Assembly (NCBI GenBank): GCA_965248925.1
Contig: CBDFLE010000006.1
Location: 448,001-512,000 of the forward strand
DNA length: 64,000 nucleotides
Source of the DNA: Candidatus Multivoradales bacterium
Lineage (GTDB): Bacteria; Acidobacteriota; Thermoanaerobaculia; Multivoradales; J023
Reading direction: 5' to 3'
This document shows, piece by piece, positions 10,260 through 19,091 of this stretch. A model generated the notes under the pieces. It did no database searches. It was not told the origin of the DNA and saw only the letters and a program-made list of their open reading frames with translations. The first letter of the stretch is position 1; every line of letters begins with the position of its first letter. The position numbers and the translations under genes are program-made.

Positions 10260-10625
10260 TCAGGCGGGAGGACCGCGTAAGCTCAGGCTGCTGGGCAGCT
10301 CCTGCCACTGCGGCAGCAACACCGTAATCCGCGCTGGCGTGATGCGGGGTAGGAGACCACTGAGCAGGTAGGTTGCGCACTCGACTAGCGAGCGGTCGCC
10401 CCAGGCCATGCAGGCAACGCAATCATGGCGGTGCCGATCACCGTTGCCATATAGGCCAGGGCCACTAGCAGAGCCCCGGACAGCGGCGTCCACGAGGTGT
10501 TCGGCCTCGCATTCGTAACCGCCAAGCTGCCTTTCGGCACCGTGCTCGTGGGCTGTCCAGCCGGCCAGCAAGACCGGTATCAGGGTCAGCAACAGAGCTG
10601 GAGCGATGGTGTACAGGCGCCTCAT
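10260..10625 (-). CDS. small His/Cys-rich exported/membrane protein (DUF2946-like) upstream of the TonB receptor
   Basis: Hydrophobic N-terminus, HEH, HRHDCVAC, C-terminal RGPP. Confidence 0.6.
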   Translation of the reverse strand: MRRLYTIAPALLLTLIPVLLAGWTAHEHGAERQLGGYECEAEHLVDAAVRGSASGPGLYGNGDRHRHDCVACMAWGDRSLVECATYLLSGLLPRITPARITVLLPQWQELPSSLSLRGPPA

Positions 10626-10640
10626 GCGTTGGCATTATAC

Positions 10641-10659
10641 ATGAGAACTCATTCTCAAC
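10641..10659. promoter_or_regulatory. Fur/Zur-family box
   Basis: ATGAGAACTCATTCTCAAC immediately upstream of the DUF2946-like/TonB receptor unit. Confidence 0.6.
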
Positions 10660-10858
10660 TAAAGAAACCAAACAGGGTGCGACAGGGTGCTGAACGGGGT
10701 GCCCCGGCGAGTGCCATCCACATCGGGCGATTTTCTCTCCAGGACTCTACTTTCGATCTTGGGCCCGCCGACGTCGTTTGAGCGGCGATCAAGAGACCGG
10801 TCTAATTCCGCCTCCGCAGCCCCCGCCGCAGAAGGGCCGCCTCTCAGCCAAAAAGTAT

Positions 10859-10885
10859 GGTGTACAATACACGCGACTGTACACC
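10859..10885. promoter_or_regulatory. vapBC operator palindrome
   Basis: GGTGTACA-N11-TGTACACC just upstream of vapB. Confidence 0.55.
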
Positions 10886-10901
10886 TCTTCTGGGAGCCGC
10901 C

Positions 10902-11114
10902 ATGAGAACCAATGTAGTCTTGAACGATCGACTGGTCGAAGAAGCTTTCTCCTTGACCGGTGTAAGAACCAAGCGGGAACTCCTCGATCTGGCGCTCCAG
11001 GAGCTGGTTCGGGTGCGGCGGAAGAAGGACTTGACCGAACTCGCTGGCCGGCTTCAGCTTCGCGACGACTTCGATCACAAGGCGATGCGGGCGCTGAGCC
11101 GTGATCCTGGTTGA
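10902..11114 (+). CDS. vapB: VapB antitoxin
   Basis: MRTNVVLNDRLVEEA..TKRELLDLAL; overlaps PIN gene. Confidence 0.9.
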   Translation: MRTNVVLNDRLVEEAFSLTGVRTKRELLDLALQELVRVRRKKDLTELAGRLQLRDDFDHKAMRALSRDPG

Positions 11115-11502
11115 TACCTCCGTCTGGATAGATATCTTCCGTGATCCGAGCGGCAGCAGAGGAGCATCTCTGACCGAGTTCCTCGGCGATCATGAGGCCG
11201 TCCTCTGCCGTTTCACTCAGCTGGAACTGCTCCAGGGCTGCCGCGATGAACGGGAGTGGACGCTCCTGAAGTCTTACCTTGACACCCAAGACTACGTCGA
11301 AACCGGTACCTCGACTTGGGAAGCCGCAGCACGAATCTTCTTCGACCTTCGCCGCGGCGGTTTGACAGTACGCAGCCCGATCGACTGCTGCATCGCCCAA
11401 CTGGCCATCGCAGCCGATTTGACGCTCTTTCACCGCGATCGAGACTTCACCAACATTGCCAGCCGGTACCCTCTGCGGCAACTCCGGATCGACTGGGACT
11501 AA
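11101..11502 (+). CDS. vapC: VapC PIN-domain toxin
   Basis: MILVDTSVWID, ELLQG, IDCCIA, HRDRDF. Confidence 0.93.
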   Translation: MILVDTSVWIDIFRDPSGSRGASLTEFLGDHEAVLCRFTQLELLQGCRDEREWTLLKSYLDTQDYVETGTSTWEAAARIFFDLRRGGLTVRSPIDCCIAQLAIAADLTLFHRDRDFTNIASRYPLRQLRIDWD

Positions 11503-11521
11503 CGGTCGTTGCGGCAGGGGC

Positions 11522-11564
11522 TTGACAGGCGACTCTAGTTTTTCTAAACTAAACGATCGTTCCG
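11522..11564 (+). promoter_or_regulatory. sigma70 promoter and TetR operator
   Basis: TTGACA (11522) 17 bp TAAACT (11545); AACGATCGTT palindrome, similar copy CTGAACGTTCGTTCCG at 12200-12215. Confidence 0.6.
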
Positions 11565-11582
11565 AAATAAGAGCCCTGGACC

Positions 11583-12176
11583 ATGCCGCGACAAAAGAAT
11601 TTTGACCCTGACGAAGCCCTAGCCAAAGCCACGGAGGTGTTTTGGACTCAGGGCTATGAGGCGACTTCGGTGCAAGACTTGGTCGATGCCATGGGCATCA
11701 ACCGCTTTTCCCTCTACGACACCTTTGGTGACAAGCACTCCTTGTTCCTGGCCGCCCTCGGTCGCTATCGCGCCGAAATTGCTGGGGCTACCTTTGAGAA
11801 ACTCGAATCGGCTGAAGACGGAGTCGCGGCTATCCGCTCATTCTTTCGCCATCAGGTGCGCCACCTCGCCGGGGAGGGTGCTTTTCAGGGCTGCATGCTC
11901 ACCAATTGCACGGCTGAGCTAGCCGCCCGAGACGAGCAAGCCGCGGGCCTGGTGCGCCGAGGCATCGCCCGCTCCGAACGCGCCTTCCGCAGCGCACTAC
12001 AAAAGGCTCAAGCCGCCGGAGACCTCGCCCCCAGCCTTGACATCGATGACCTGGCCCGTTTCTTCGCCACCTCCGCCAACGGCCTCGCTCTGGTCGCCCG
12101 AGCTAGGCCAGGGCAGGACTTTCTCGACAGCACGGTAAGGGTGATCCTGGCGGCTCTTGATGGACCAAGCGGGTAG
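11583..12176 (+). CDS. TetR/AcrR family regulator (NemR/ComR-like)
   Basis: MPRQKNFD..FWTQGYEATSVQDL..MGINRFSLYDTFGDK, GCMLTN. Confidence 0.93.
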   Translation: MPRQKNFDPDEALAKATEVFWTQGYEATSVQDLVDAMGINRFSLYDTFGDKHSLFLAALGRYRAEIAGATFEKLESAEDGVAAIRSFFRHQVRHLAGEGAFQGCMLTNCTAELAARDEQAAGLVRRGIARSERAFRSALQKAQAAGDLAPSLDIDDLARFFATSANGLALVARARPGQDFLDSTVRVILAALDGPSG

Positions 12177-12252
12177 CGTGCCCCTTTTTTATCCCATTAC
12201 TGAACGTTCGTTCCGATAACTGCCAACCAACCCATAAATTGGAGACCTCAAA

Positions 12253-12660
12253 ATGACTCAGTCCAACCCTTCCCAGCTACAAGAGAAAGTAGCCGTCGTC
12301 ACCGGTGGCAACAGCGGCATTGGCCTGGCCACCGCGCTGCGCTTCCGCGACGAGGGCGCCTCCATCGTCCTGGTCTCCTCGACCCTCAACCATCTGGGAC
12401 TGGAGGGATTCTCGGTCTACTCCGCCACCAAGGCGGCCTTGAGGTCCCTTGCCCGCACTTTCGCCAACGAGCTCAAGGGCCGCGGAATCAGAGTCAACCT
12501 GCTCTCCCTGGGCCCCGTCGAAACCCCTCTCTGCGGCCGCTTGGGCCTACCGCAATAGGCGGTAGAAGACTTTGGTGCCGGCATTGCCGAGCAGGTGCCC
12601 TTGGGCCGCTTCGGCAGCTCCGAGGAAATGGCCGCCGCCGCCGACTTGTTGGCTTCGATG
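12253..12660 (+). pseudogene. SDR oxidoreductase pseudogene (internal deletion and nonsense)
   Basis: TGGNSGIG then jumps from RDEGA to SIVLVSS..YSATK; TAG at 12556 followed in frame by AVEDFGAGIAEQVPLGRFGSSEE. Confidence 0.85.
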
Positions 12661-12697
12661 CTCCGCACACAACGCACCTATGGGTAACACTCCGCCC

Positions 12698-12983
12698 ATG
12701 GATACGACCATACGCAATCTCGACAATGAGATCTATCGCCAGCTCAAGGCGCATGCGGCGCGAACGGGTCGGACGATCGGCGAGGCGATCAACGAGGCAA
12801 TGCGGTTCTACTGCGCTGAGCCGAATCCCATTGATCGCTGAGGAAGCCTCTTCGATCTCGAGCCCGAACGCTCTCCCCTAGGCAGCGAGAGGTCGAGTGA
12901 GAACATCGACCAGGTGGTCTACGGAATCGATCGGTGGTCGTCCTCGACTCCGGTTTCCTGATCGCTTTTCACAACCAGCGGCT
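12698..12983 (+). pseudogene. decayed antitoxin + PIN toxin pair
   Basis: MDTTIRNLDNEIYRQLKAHAA.. with TGA at 12839 then SENIDQVVYG; PIN start MVVLDSGFLIA at 12934 loses similarity after about 16 aa. Confidence 0.7.
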
Positions 12984-13136
12984 TGACCGCGGTCCCCGAG
13001 CCAGCCGGCTAGCCCGGATCCAAGGTCGAAAAAGGTGCCCGTACGAGTGCCAGGTCATCTGCTTGACAAGGTTATCGACCCGGCGGACGAGGACGGCATC
13101 TTCTAGTTACTGTGATAGCGTGAGGAAACTCTTGTA

Positions 13137-13736
13137 TTGGGCTTGCTTGGCGGGATCTTGGCGGGCCTGGAATCTTGGTGGGTTTGGAAAATGCTGTCGG
13201 CTGAAGTTGACGTCCCCTTCAATGAGCTGTTTATCCAAGCCTATCCGCGAATTGTCGGATTCTTCAAGCGCTATCCGAGAAACTCCGCAGAAGACAGCCG
13301 TGACTTAGCGCAGGAGACCTTTCTGCGGCTCTATCGAAAATGGCGAAACGAGGGTACCGAGAAGGTGCTTTCGGAAAGGTTGCTGATCACCATCGCCCTC
13401 AATATCCAGCGCAACCGGCTACGGGAATTCGCCGGGCCGCGGCATCCGATCGGTCAGATACCGCTCGAGGATGTCCACGCCGCGACCGGCCCCGGACCGG
13501 TCAAAGAAACGCTGGACCGGGAGAGCCTCGAACTGACCCGTCTGGCACTCAAGGAGCTGTCGGAACGCCAGCGCCAAACGCTGCTCTTGCAAGTCCAAGG
13601 ACATAGCCTCGATGAGATCTCCCGCATCCTACAGATCAAGCCGGGAAGCGTCGGGCACCATATCTTTCAAGCTCGAAAGAAGTTGAAGGATGCCTTGGGA
13701 GCACTCTCACCATGGGTGACAGGAGACTCGTCATGA
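13137..13736 (+). CDS. ECF RNA polymerase sigma factor (likely ATG start 13191)
   Basis: DLAQETFLRLY region 2; LSERQRQTLLL..GHSLDEISRIL..GSVGHHIFQARKKL region 4. Confidence 0.9.
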   Translation: MGLLGGILAGLESWWVWKMLSAEVDVPFNELFIQAYPRIVGFFKRYPRNSAEDSRDLAQETFLRLYRKWRNEGTEKVLSERLLITIALNIQRNRLREFAGPRHPIGQIPLEDVHAATGPGPVKETLDRESLELTRLALKELSERQRQTLLLQVQGHSLDEISRILQIKPGSVGHHIFQARKKLKDALGALSPWVTGDSS

Positions 13737-14479
13737 GCGGATTTTCCGGATCTCAAGACACACTGCTGAAAGAAATCATCCATCAAGAGCAGGCGCAGGG
13801 AGGCGCCCATCTGCGGGGTGCAGAAGTTGTCGCTTATCACGAGCAGCGCCTGGGGCCGGAGGAGCAGTCCGCAGCCCGCGAGCACCTGGTGCGCTGCCCT
13901 GAATGTCGCCACCTGCTCCTCGCCCTAGGGGATACAGCAGAGGATGTCACCTCGGCCCCAACCCCCGCCGAGCCGACCCGCGAGGCGCTGGCGGAGTTTC
14001 ATGCCAAGGTGCGAACCGCGGGAACAGAGTTACCTACTCGATCCCAGCCGATCGGCTGGTGGAAGATCGCAGCGATTGTTTTGGCGACCTCGAACTTGCT
14101 CCTCCTCGGCTGGATCAGCCTCCGCGAGCCCCCGCCCACGGCGGTCGCCGGCAATCTACTGATCGAGGACATCTACCCCATCGACGACCCCTGGCGAGAC
14201 GGCAGTCCAACGGTGATTCAGCTCAATCCCGAGGTCGAGCAGATAGGTTTTCTACTCCATCTCGGCAGCGACGCGGCGAACTCCCGACGCGAGATCCAGC
14301 TGCTGAACAGTGCTGGCGAAGTGCTGTGGCGTAGCGAGTCACTCACCGTCGACGCCCACGGAATCGCCAGCGTTGCGGTGCCCGCGGCACTGTTGCCCGC
14401 CGCTCGGTACCGGCTGCGACTCGGCGGCGACTCAGCGCAAGAATTCGCGGTGACGATCGAGACCTTCGCCCGGCCATGA
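13733..14479 (+). CDS. zf-HC2 anti-sigma factor, single TM, extracytoplasmic domain
   Basis: HL..EHLVRCPECR (H-x3-C-x2-C), TM WWKIAAIVLATSNLLLLGWI; ATGA overlap. Confidence 0.85.
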   Translation: MSGFSGSQDTLLKEIIHQEQAQGGAHLRGAEVVAYHEQRLGPEEQSAAREHLVRCPECRHLLLALGDTAEDVTSAPTPAEPTREALAEFHAKVRTAGTELPTRSQPIGWWKIAAIVLATSNLLLLGWISLREPPPTAVAGNLLIEDIYPIDDPWRDGSPTVIQLNPEVEQIGFLLHLGSDAANSRREIQLLNSAGEVLWRSESLTVDAHGIASVAVPAALLPAARYRLRLGGDSAQEFAVTIETFARP

Positions 14480-17355
14480 GGGAACGCTGGCGCCGCTGGA
14501 CAGTGGTGGGCGTGGTGCTGGTCGGGACGGTGTGGGCTGGCCTCGTCTGCGGTCCGGGGTCGCGAGAAGACAGCGGAGAAATACAGGGCCTACCGGTGCG
14601 CGGGGAGTCGAAAAGACTCACTCTAGAGGGCGGCGCGACGGCCGTGTACCGAGTTGCTCTGCCGGTGAATCGCTATCTCGAGGTCGCGGTCGATCAGCAA
14701 GGGGCCGACGTGCTGATCGAGGTCTACGATCCCGAGGGTCTGAGAGTCCTTGAGGTCGACAGCCCCAACGGCACCGACGGCCGGGAAAACATCTCGCTGC
14801 TCAGTGAGACTAGCGGCGACTATCTCTTCGAACTACGATCCCTCAATCCGCCGGGTCGCTCGGGTAGCTTCACTTTGAGCCGTCAGGTGGACCGCGACGC
14901 CAGTGAAAAGGATCGTGCCCGCTTCGCGGTGGAGCGTGCTTTCGCCGCTGCCGAAGAGTTGTTTCGGCGCGGTACCGCCGCCGATCTGACCACTGCCCGC
15001 GAACGCTTTGGCTCGCTGTTGACTCAGTGGCAGAACCTCGGCCTGGCGGCACGGGAAGCGAACACGCAGATGCGGCGAGGCGATACTGAACGAGCCCTTG
15101 GCCTGCACTCAGAGTCGCTGACGGACTATCGTGCGGCCCTCAAACTCGCCGAGTCCCTGGGGGACACCCAGCTCCAAGTGAGTCTCTTTCTGCGCCTCGG
15201 TATAGTGCATTTTAAGATCGGCGAAGCAGAACTGGCAGACGGGTTTTTCCAGCGCTCGCTCGCCGGAGCACGGCAGATATCCTCACCGGCGGACGAGGCC
15301 GCTACGCTTCACAATCTGGCCCTCGCCGCCACCTCGAACGGCCGTTTCCGCCACGCGGTCGAACTCTACCGCCAGGCCCTGGGAATCTTCGATCGTCTCC
15401 AGCTGACCGCCGATCAGGCAAGAGCTTGGAGCAACTTGGGAGAGGTCTACAGCCGGCTTGGCGAGACCCGGCCGGCGGCTCTAGCATTCGAGCGTGCCCT
15501 CGAGCGCTTCCGTTGGCTCGGCGACCGGCGCGGCGAGGGCATTGCCCTCAACAATCTCGGCCTGCTGCACGCACGCGGTGGTGAGCTGGCGACCGCCGAG
15601 CAGATCTTCAGCGAAGCCCTGCAACTCATGCGACAAGTGGGTGACACCGCCAGTGAGGCCCGGACCGAGAACAATCTTGGCTGGATCGCGGGCCTACGTG
15701 GCGCCTTGGACGAGGCCACCTTCCACTACCAGCGAGCCCTAGGAATCGCCCAACGCCTCGGCAATCCGCGCACTGAGGCCAATCTGCTGCTCAATCTCGG
15801 CTGGCTGGCCGGAGCACGGAAGAATCTGGAAGAGTCCCTCCGACTGCACCGCGACGCCCTGGCCCGCTTCCAGGCCCTTGGCGATCCAGTCCAGCAAGCA
15901 CAGGCTCTCTATGGCATCGCCATGGCAGAACATCAAGCGGCAAGAGAAGTCCTGGCACAGGCGGCCTGCGAAGCCGCCATCGAGCAAGTCGAAACAGTCC
16001 GCCAATACATGGCCGGAGATACCCTCGGCATGGCTTTCTTTGCCACCCGCCAAGACCTCTACGACTTCTACATCGACCTGCTGATGACCCGTCACCAGCT
16101 CGACGGTGGCACCACCTACAGCCGCGCCGCCTTCGCGGCTAGCGAACGCTCCCGAGCGCGCGGCTTTCTCGACCTTCTGGCGACTGCGGAACAGGCCTGG
16201 TCGGCCGCATCACCGGTCGGTCTCGAGGCGATCCGTCAGCAGATTCTGGACGACGAGACCGCGCTCCTGCACTACCATTTGGGGTCGCCCCACAGCTACG
16301 TTTGGGTGATGACTCGGAGCAGCTTCGAAGTGCGGATCCTGCCGCGATCGGCCGCCCTCGAAGCTGTGGCGCGGCCCGCCTTGCAGCTGCTCGAGAACAG
16401 CCATCAACGTCGCTACCGGGAAGAGGCGCAGACTCGGCTTCGTCAACTGGCTTCGGCAGTCCTGTGGCCCGCCCTCGAAGGAGTGAAGGCGAACCGACTG
16501 CTGATCGTCGCCGATGGCGCGCTGGCCCGCCTGCCCTTTGCCGCCCTACCGATCCGCGGCGAGTGGCCAGGCGACCGGCCTCTGCTGGCCGCCTACGAAG
16601 TGGTCCATTTGCACTCCGCCTCGACCCTGCTGGCACTCCGTCGCGCCCGCGCTGGCCGACCTCCCGCCAAGGCTCGCCTCGCGGTGCTCGCCGACCCGGT
16701 CTACGCTCCTTCTGACCCTCGCCTGCCGGCACCGCTGGCCACCACCACTCCACCATCGGGCTCTGAGTTCCCGCGGCTGGTGGCGGCCAGCGCCGAGGCG
16801 GCCGCGATCAGCGCCTGGATCCCGGCTGATCAGCGCCTGGTCGCCACCGGAGCCGAAGCCTCCCGACAATTGGTCCTCAGCGGGCGGCTGGCCGATTTTC
16901 GGGTGCTCCACTTCGCCGTCCACAGCGTGCTCGACAGCCAGAGCCCGGATCGCTCATCCCTAGTGCTCTCGCGCTGGGACGCCGAGGGCCGGCCGGTTGA
17001 CGGATTCCTTCGCTTGCGGGACCTGCGGAACCTGAACCTACGAGCCGACACAGTGGTGCTGAGCGGCTGCAGGACAGCTTTGGGCCGGATCTGGGACGGC
17101 GAAGGCATTGTCGGCTTGCCGCAGGCGTTTCTGCTGGCCGGAGCTCGCCAAGTGATCGTCTCGCTGTTTCGCGTTCGCGACCGGGCAACGGCCGAGCTGA
17201 TGGGTCGTTTCTACCAGCGCCACTTCGGCGCCGGCATGCCGGCAGCAGCGGCCCTGCGACATGCTCAGCTTTCGATGGCCGGCGACCCGCGGTGGCAAGC
17301 ACCCGCGGATTGGGCCGGATTCGTCCTCGAAGGCGATTTTTCCCTCTCCCCCTAA
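14476..17355 (+). CDS. TPR-repeat CHAT-domain protease
   Basis: N-terminal TM/signal, PPC-like domain (VDQQGADV..VDSPNG), about 9 TPRs, SERSRAR, LLIVADGALARLPFAAL, VLHFAVH, VVLSGCRT, WAGFVLEG. Confidence 0.93.
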   Translation: MRERWRRWTVVGVVLVGTVWAGLVCGPGSREDSGEIQGLPVRGESKRLTLEGGATAVYRVALPVNRYLEVAVDQQGADVLIEVYDPEGLRVLEVDSPNGTDGRENISLLSETSGDYLFELRSLNPPGRSGSFTLSRQVDRDASEKDRARFAVERAFAAAEELFRRGTAADLTTARERFGSLLTQWQNLGLAAREANTQMRRGDTERALGLHSESLTDYRAALKLAESLGDTQLQVSLFLRLGIVHFKIGEAELADGFFQRSLAGARQISSPADEAATLHNLALAATSNGRFRHAVELYRQALGIFDRLQLTADQARAWSNLGEVYSRLGETRPAALAFERALERFRWLGDRRGEGIALNNLGLLHARGGELATAEQIFSEALQLMRQVGDTASEARTENNLGWIAGLRGALDEATFHYQRALGIAQRLGNPRTEANLLLNLGWLAGARKNLEESLRLHRDALARFQALGDPVQQAQALYGIAMAEHQAAREVLAQAACEAAIEQVETVRQYMAGDTLGMAFFATRQDLYDFYIDLLMTRHQLDGGTTYSRAAFAASERSRARGFLDLLATAEQAWSAASPVGLEAIRQQILDDETALLHYHLGSPHSYVWVMTRSSFEVRILPRSAALEAVARPALQLLENSHQRRYREEAQTRLRQLASAVLWPALEGVKANRLLIVADGALARLPFAALPIRGEWPGDRPLLAAYEVVHLHSASTLLALRRARAGRPPAKARLAVLADPVYAPSDPRLPAPLATTTPPSGSEFPRLVAASAEAAAISAWIPADQRLVATGAEASRQLVLSGRLADFRVLHFAVHSVLDSQSPDRSSLVLSRWDAEGRPVDGFLRLRDLRNLNLRADTVVLSGCRTALGRIWDGEGIVGLPQAFLLAGARQVIVSLFRVRDRATAELMGRFYQRHFGAGMPAAAALRHAQLSMAGDPRWQAPADWAGFVLEGDFSLSP

Positions 17356-17488
17356 AGAAAGACCTCCTGACCGGGTTCTTGAAGGTCGAGGCGCCACAGC
17401 ACGGGGCGCCCAATGGACCGCCCTGGACGACGCCGACCTGTGGTCCACGTCCGAGGGGCTCTACCGAGACCACCTCAAGGGAGCCTTC

Positions 17489-17692
17489 ATGAGCGAGATC
17501 GAGAGACCCGCTGAGACCCACTCCGAGAGCCGACTGACCACGGAGCACCCACCATCCAACAGCAGCCCCAGTGGCCTGCCAAAGGCCCAAAGGGGCTCCA
17601 TTGGCACCGGGGGAAACACGCCGCAGGAACCTGGCGTGGAAAATGGCCCCCTCACTTCGCCGATCTCCGAACCGCCGGACGGTGGGGATTGA
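17489..17692 (+). CDS. small 67-aa acidic Pro/Ser-rich peptide
   Basis: AAGGGAG RBS then ATG; fills the gap between CHAT and C25 genes; contains RGSIGTGG. Confidence 0.55.
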   Translation: MSEIERPAETHSESRLTTEHPPSNSSPSGLPKAQRGSIGTGGNTPQEPGVENGPLTSPISEPPDGGD

Positions 17693-17732
17693 GCTGAGTT
17701 GGAAAATCGTCCCAATGTACGCGAAGCACACC

Positions 17733-19091
17733 ATGTCCAACGCTGTCGATGCCACCACCGGCTGCTCCCTCCACCCTCGGCCTCGCCGCTGCGCCTGGCG
17801 CTGGTTGTTGCGCCGAAATCCGGCAAGGGCTCTCGGCCTGCCGCTCGAGGAGCTGGCGCAGGCGATGGCCTTGCCGGCGGGACTCGATACTCGGGATCTG
17901 GCCGACACCGGTTGGGCGGTGGTGTTCCCCGAGGGTTGTGAACCGGAGCGCCGCCGGGCGCTCGCGCCCTTGCTCAACCTACGCCGGGAGCAGGCTGGGT
18001 GCCGCTATCGAGAGCTGATCTACCGACCGCGAGAAGGGGCCGGCGCTTTTCTCGCCCGCCATGGCGTCGCGCCGGGCCAGGGGCCGGTGGAGCCGCAGCG
18101 CCTGCCCTACTATCTCCTGCTCGCCGGCGACCCGCAGGAGATTCCTTTCGCGGTACAGCATTGCCTCGATCTGCGCTATGCCGTCGGCCGATTGCATTTT
18201 CCGCGGCGCTCGGGGGCAGGGGCCGACGATGAAGCTCTGTCCCGCTACGCGCACACAGTTCTGGCAGTGCAACTCGGCAACCTCCATCGCGGTCGCAGGG
18301 CGGCACTATTCGCACCCAGGTTTGGCGATCTGGTCAGCGAATTGATCAGTGATGAGCTGGTACCACCGCTCACGGCAGAGCTGAAGGCCAGCTGCTGGAA
18401 GGTGGACACACTGCTCGCAGCCGATGCCAGCAAGCACCGCCTCCGCGACCTCTTCCAAGTCGAGGCCGCACCGGCCTTGCTATTCGCCGCCACCCACGGT
18501 CTTAACTTTCCCCCCGCTCATGCCCAGCAGCTGAGACGCCAGGGTGCCCTGGTTTGCCAGGGTTGGCGATCCGGAGAAGCACCTCGTGGAGATCAAGTTC
18601 TCGCCGCCAGCGACCTCGGCGCCCCGGCGGGCGGCCTGGTGGCACTGCTCTTTGCCTGCTTTAGCGCCGGCACGCCACGGCAAGATCGTTTCTCTCTCCT
18701 CCGTCAGCCACCACGGCTGGCAAGGCAAGATTTCCTCGCCCGCCTGCCCCTCGACTTGCTGGGCGCCGAAAATGGCGCCCAGGCGGTCTTGGGCCACGTC
18801 GATCGGGCCTGGACCTTCTCCTTTCGCTGGGCCGAGGGCTTTCCCCTGGTCACTATGTTCCGAGATGTCGTCCACCGGATGCTGGCCGGCGAGCCGGTGG
18901 GCGCCGCCATGGAGGCCATCGGCCGCCGTACTGCGGGTCTCGCCGCCGACCTCCTCGACCCGGCGATGCGCGAGGACGCTGAAGCTCTCGAGTCGCTGTG
19001 GACGGCCTATCACGATTGCCGGAGCTTCGTTCTCCTCGGCGATCCGGCGATTCGCTTGGCAGCTGCGAGCGATGCCGAGGGAGACCCATGA
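17733..19091 (+). CDS. peptidase C25 (gingipain-like) domain protein, no signal peptide
   Basis: YYLLLAGDP..IPF, YAVGRL, ATHG (His), LFACFSAG (Cys), LGHVDRAW, terminal FVLLGDPAIRL. Confidence 0.75.
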   Translation: MSNAVDATTGCSLHPRPRRCAWRWLLRRNPARALGLPLEELAQAMALPAGLDTRDLADTGWAVVFPEGCEPERRRALAPLLNLRREQAGCRYRELIYRPREGAGAFLARHGVAPGQGPVEPQRLPYYLLLAGDPQEIPFAVQHCLDLRYAVGRLHFPRRSGAGADDEALSRYAHTVLAVQLGNLHRGRRAALFAPRFGDLVSELISDELVPPLTAELKASCWKVDTLLAADASKHRLRDLFQVEAAPALLFAATHGLNFPPAHAQQLRRQGALVCQGWRSGEAPRGDQVLAASDLGAPAGGLVALLFACFSAGTPRQDRFSLLRQPPRLARQDFLARLPLDLLGAENGAQAVLGHVDRAWTFSFRWAEGFPLVTMFRDVVHRMLAGEPVGAAMEAIGRRTAGLAADLLDPAMREDAEALESLWTAYHDCRSFVLLGDPAIRLAAASDAEGDP

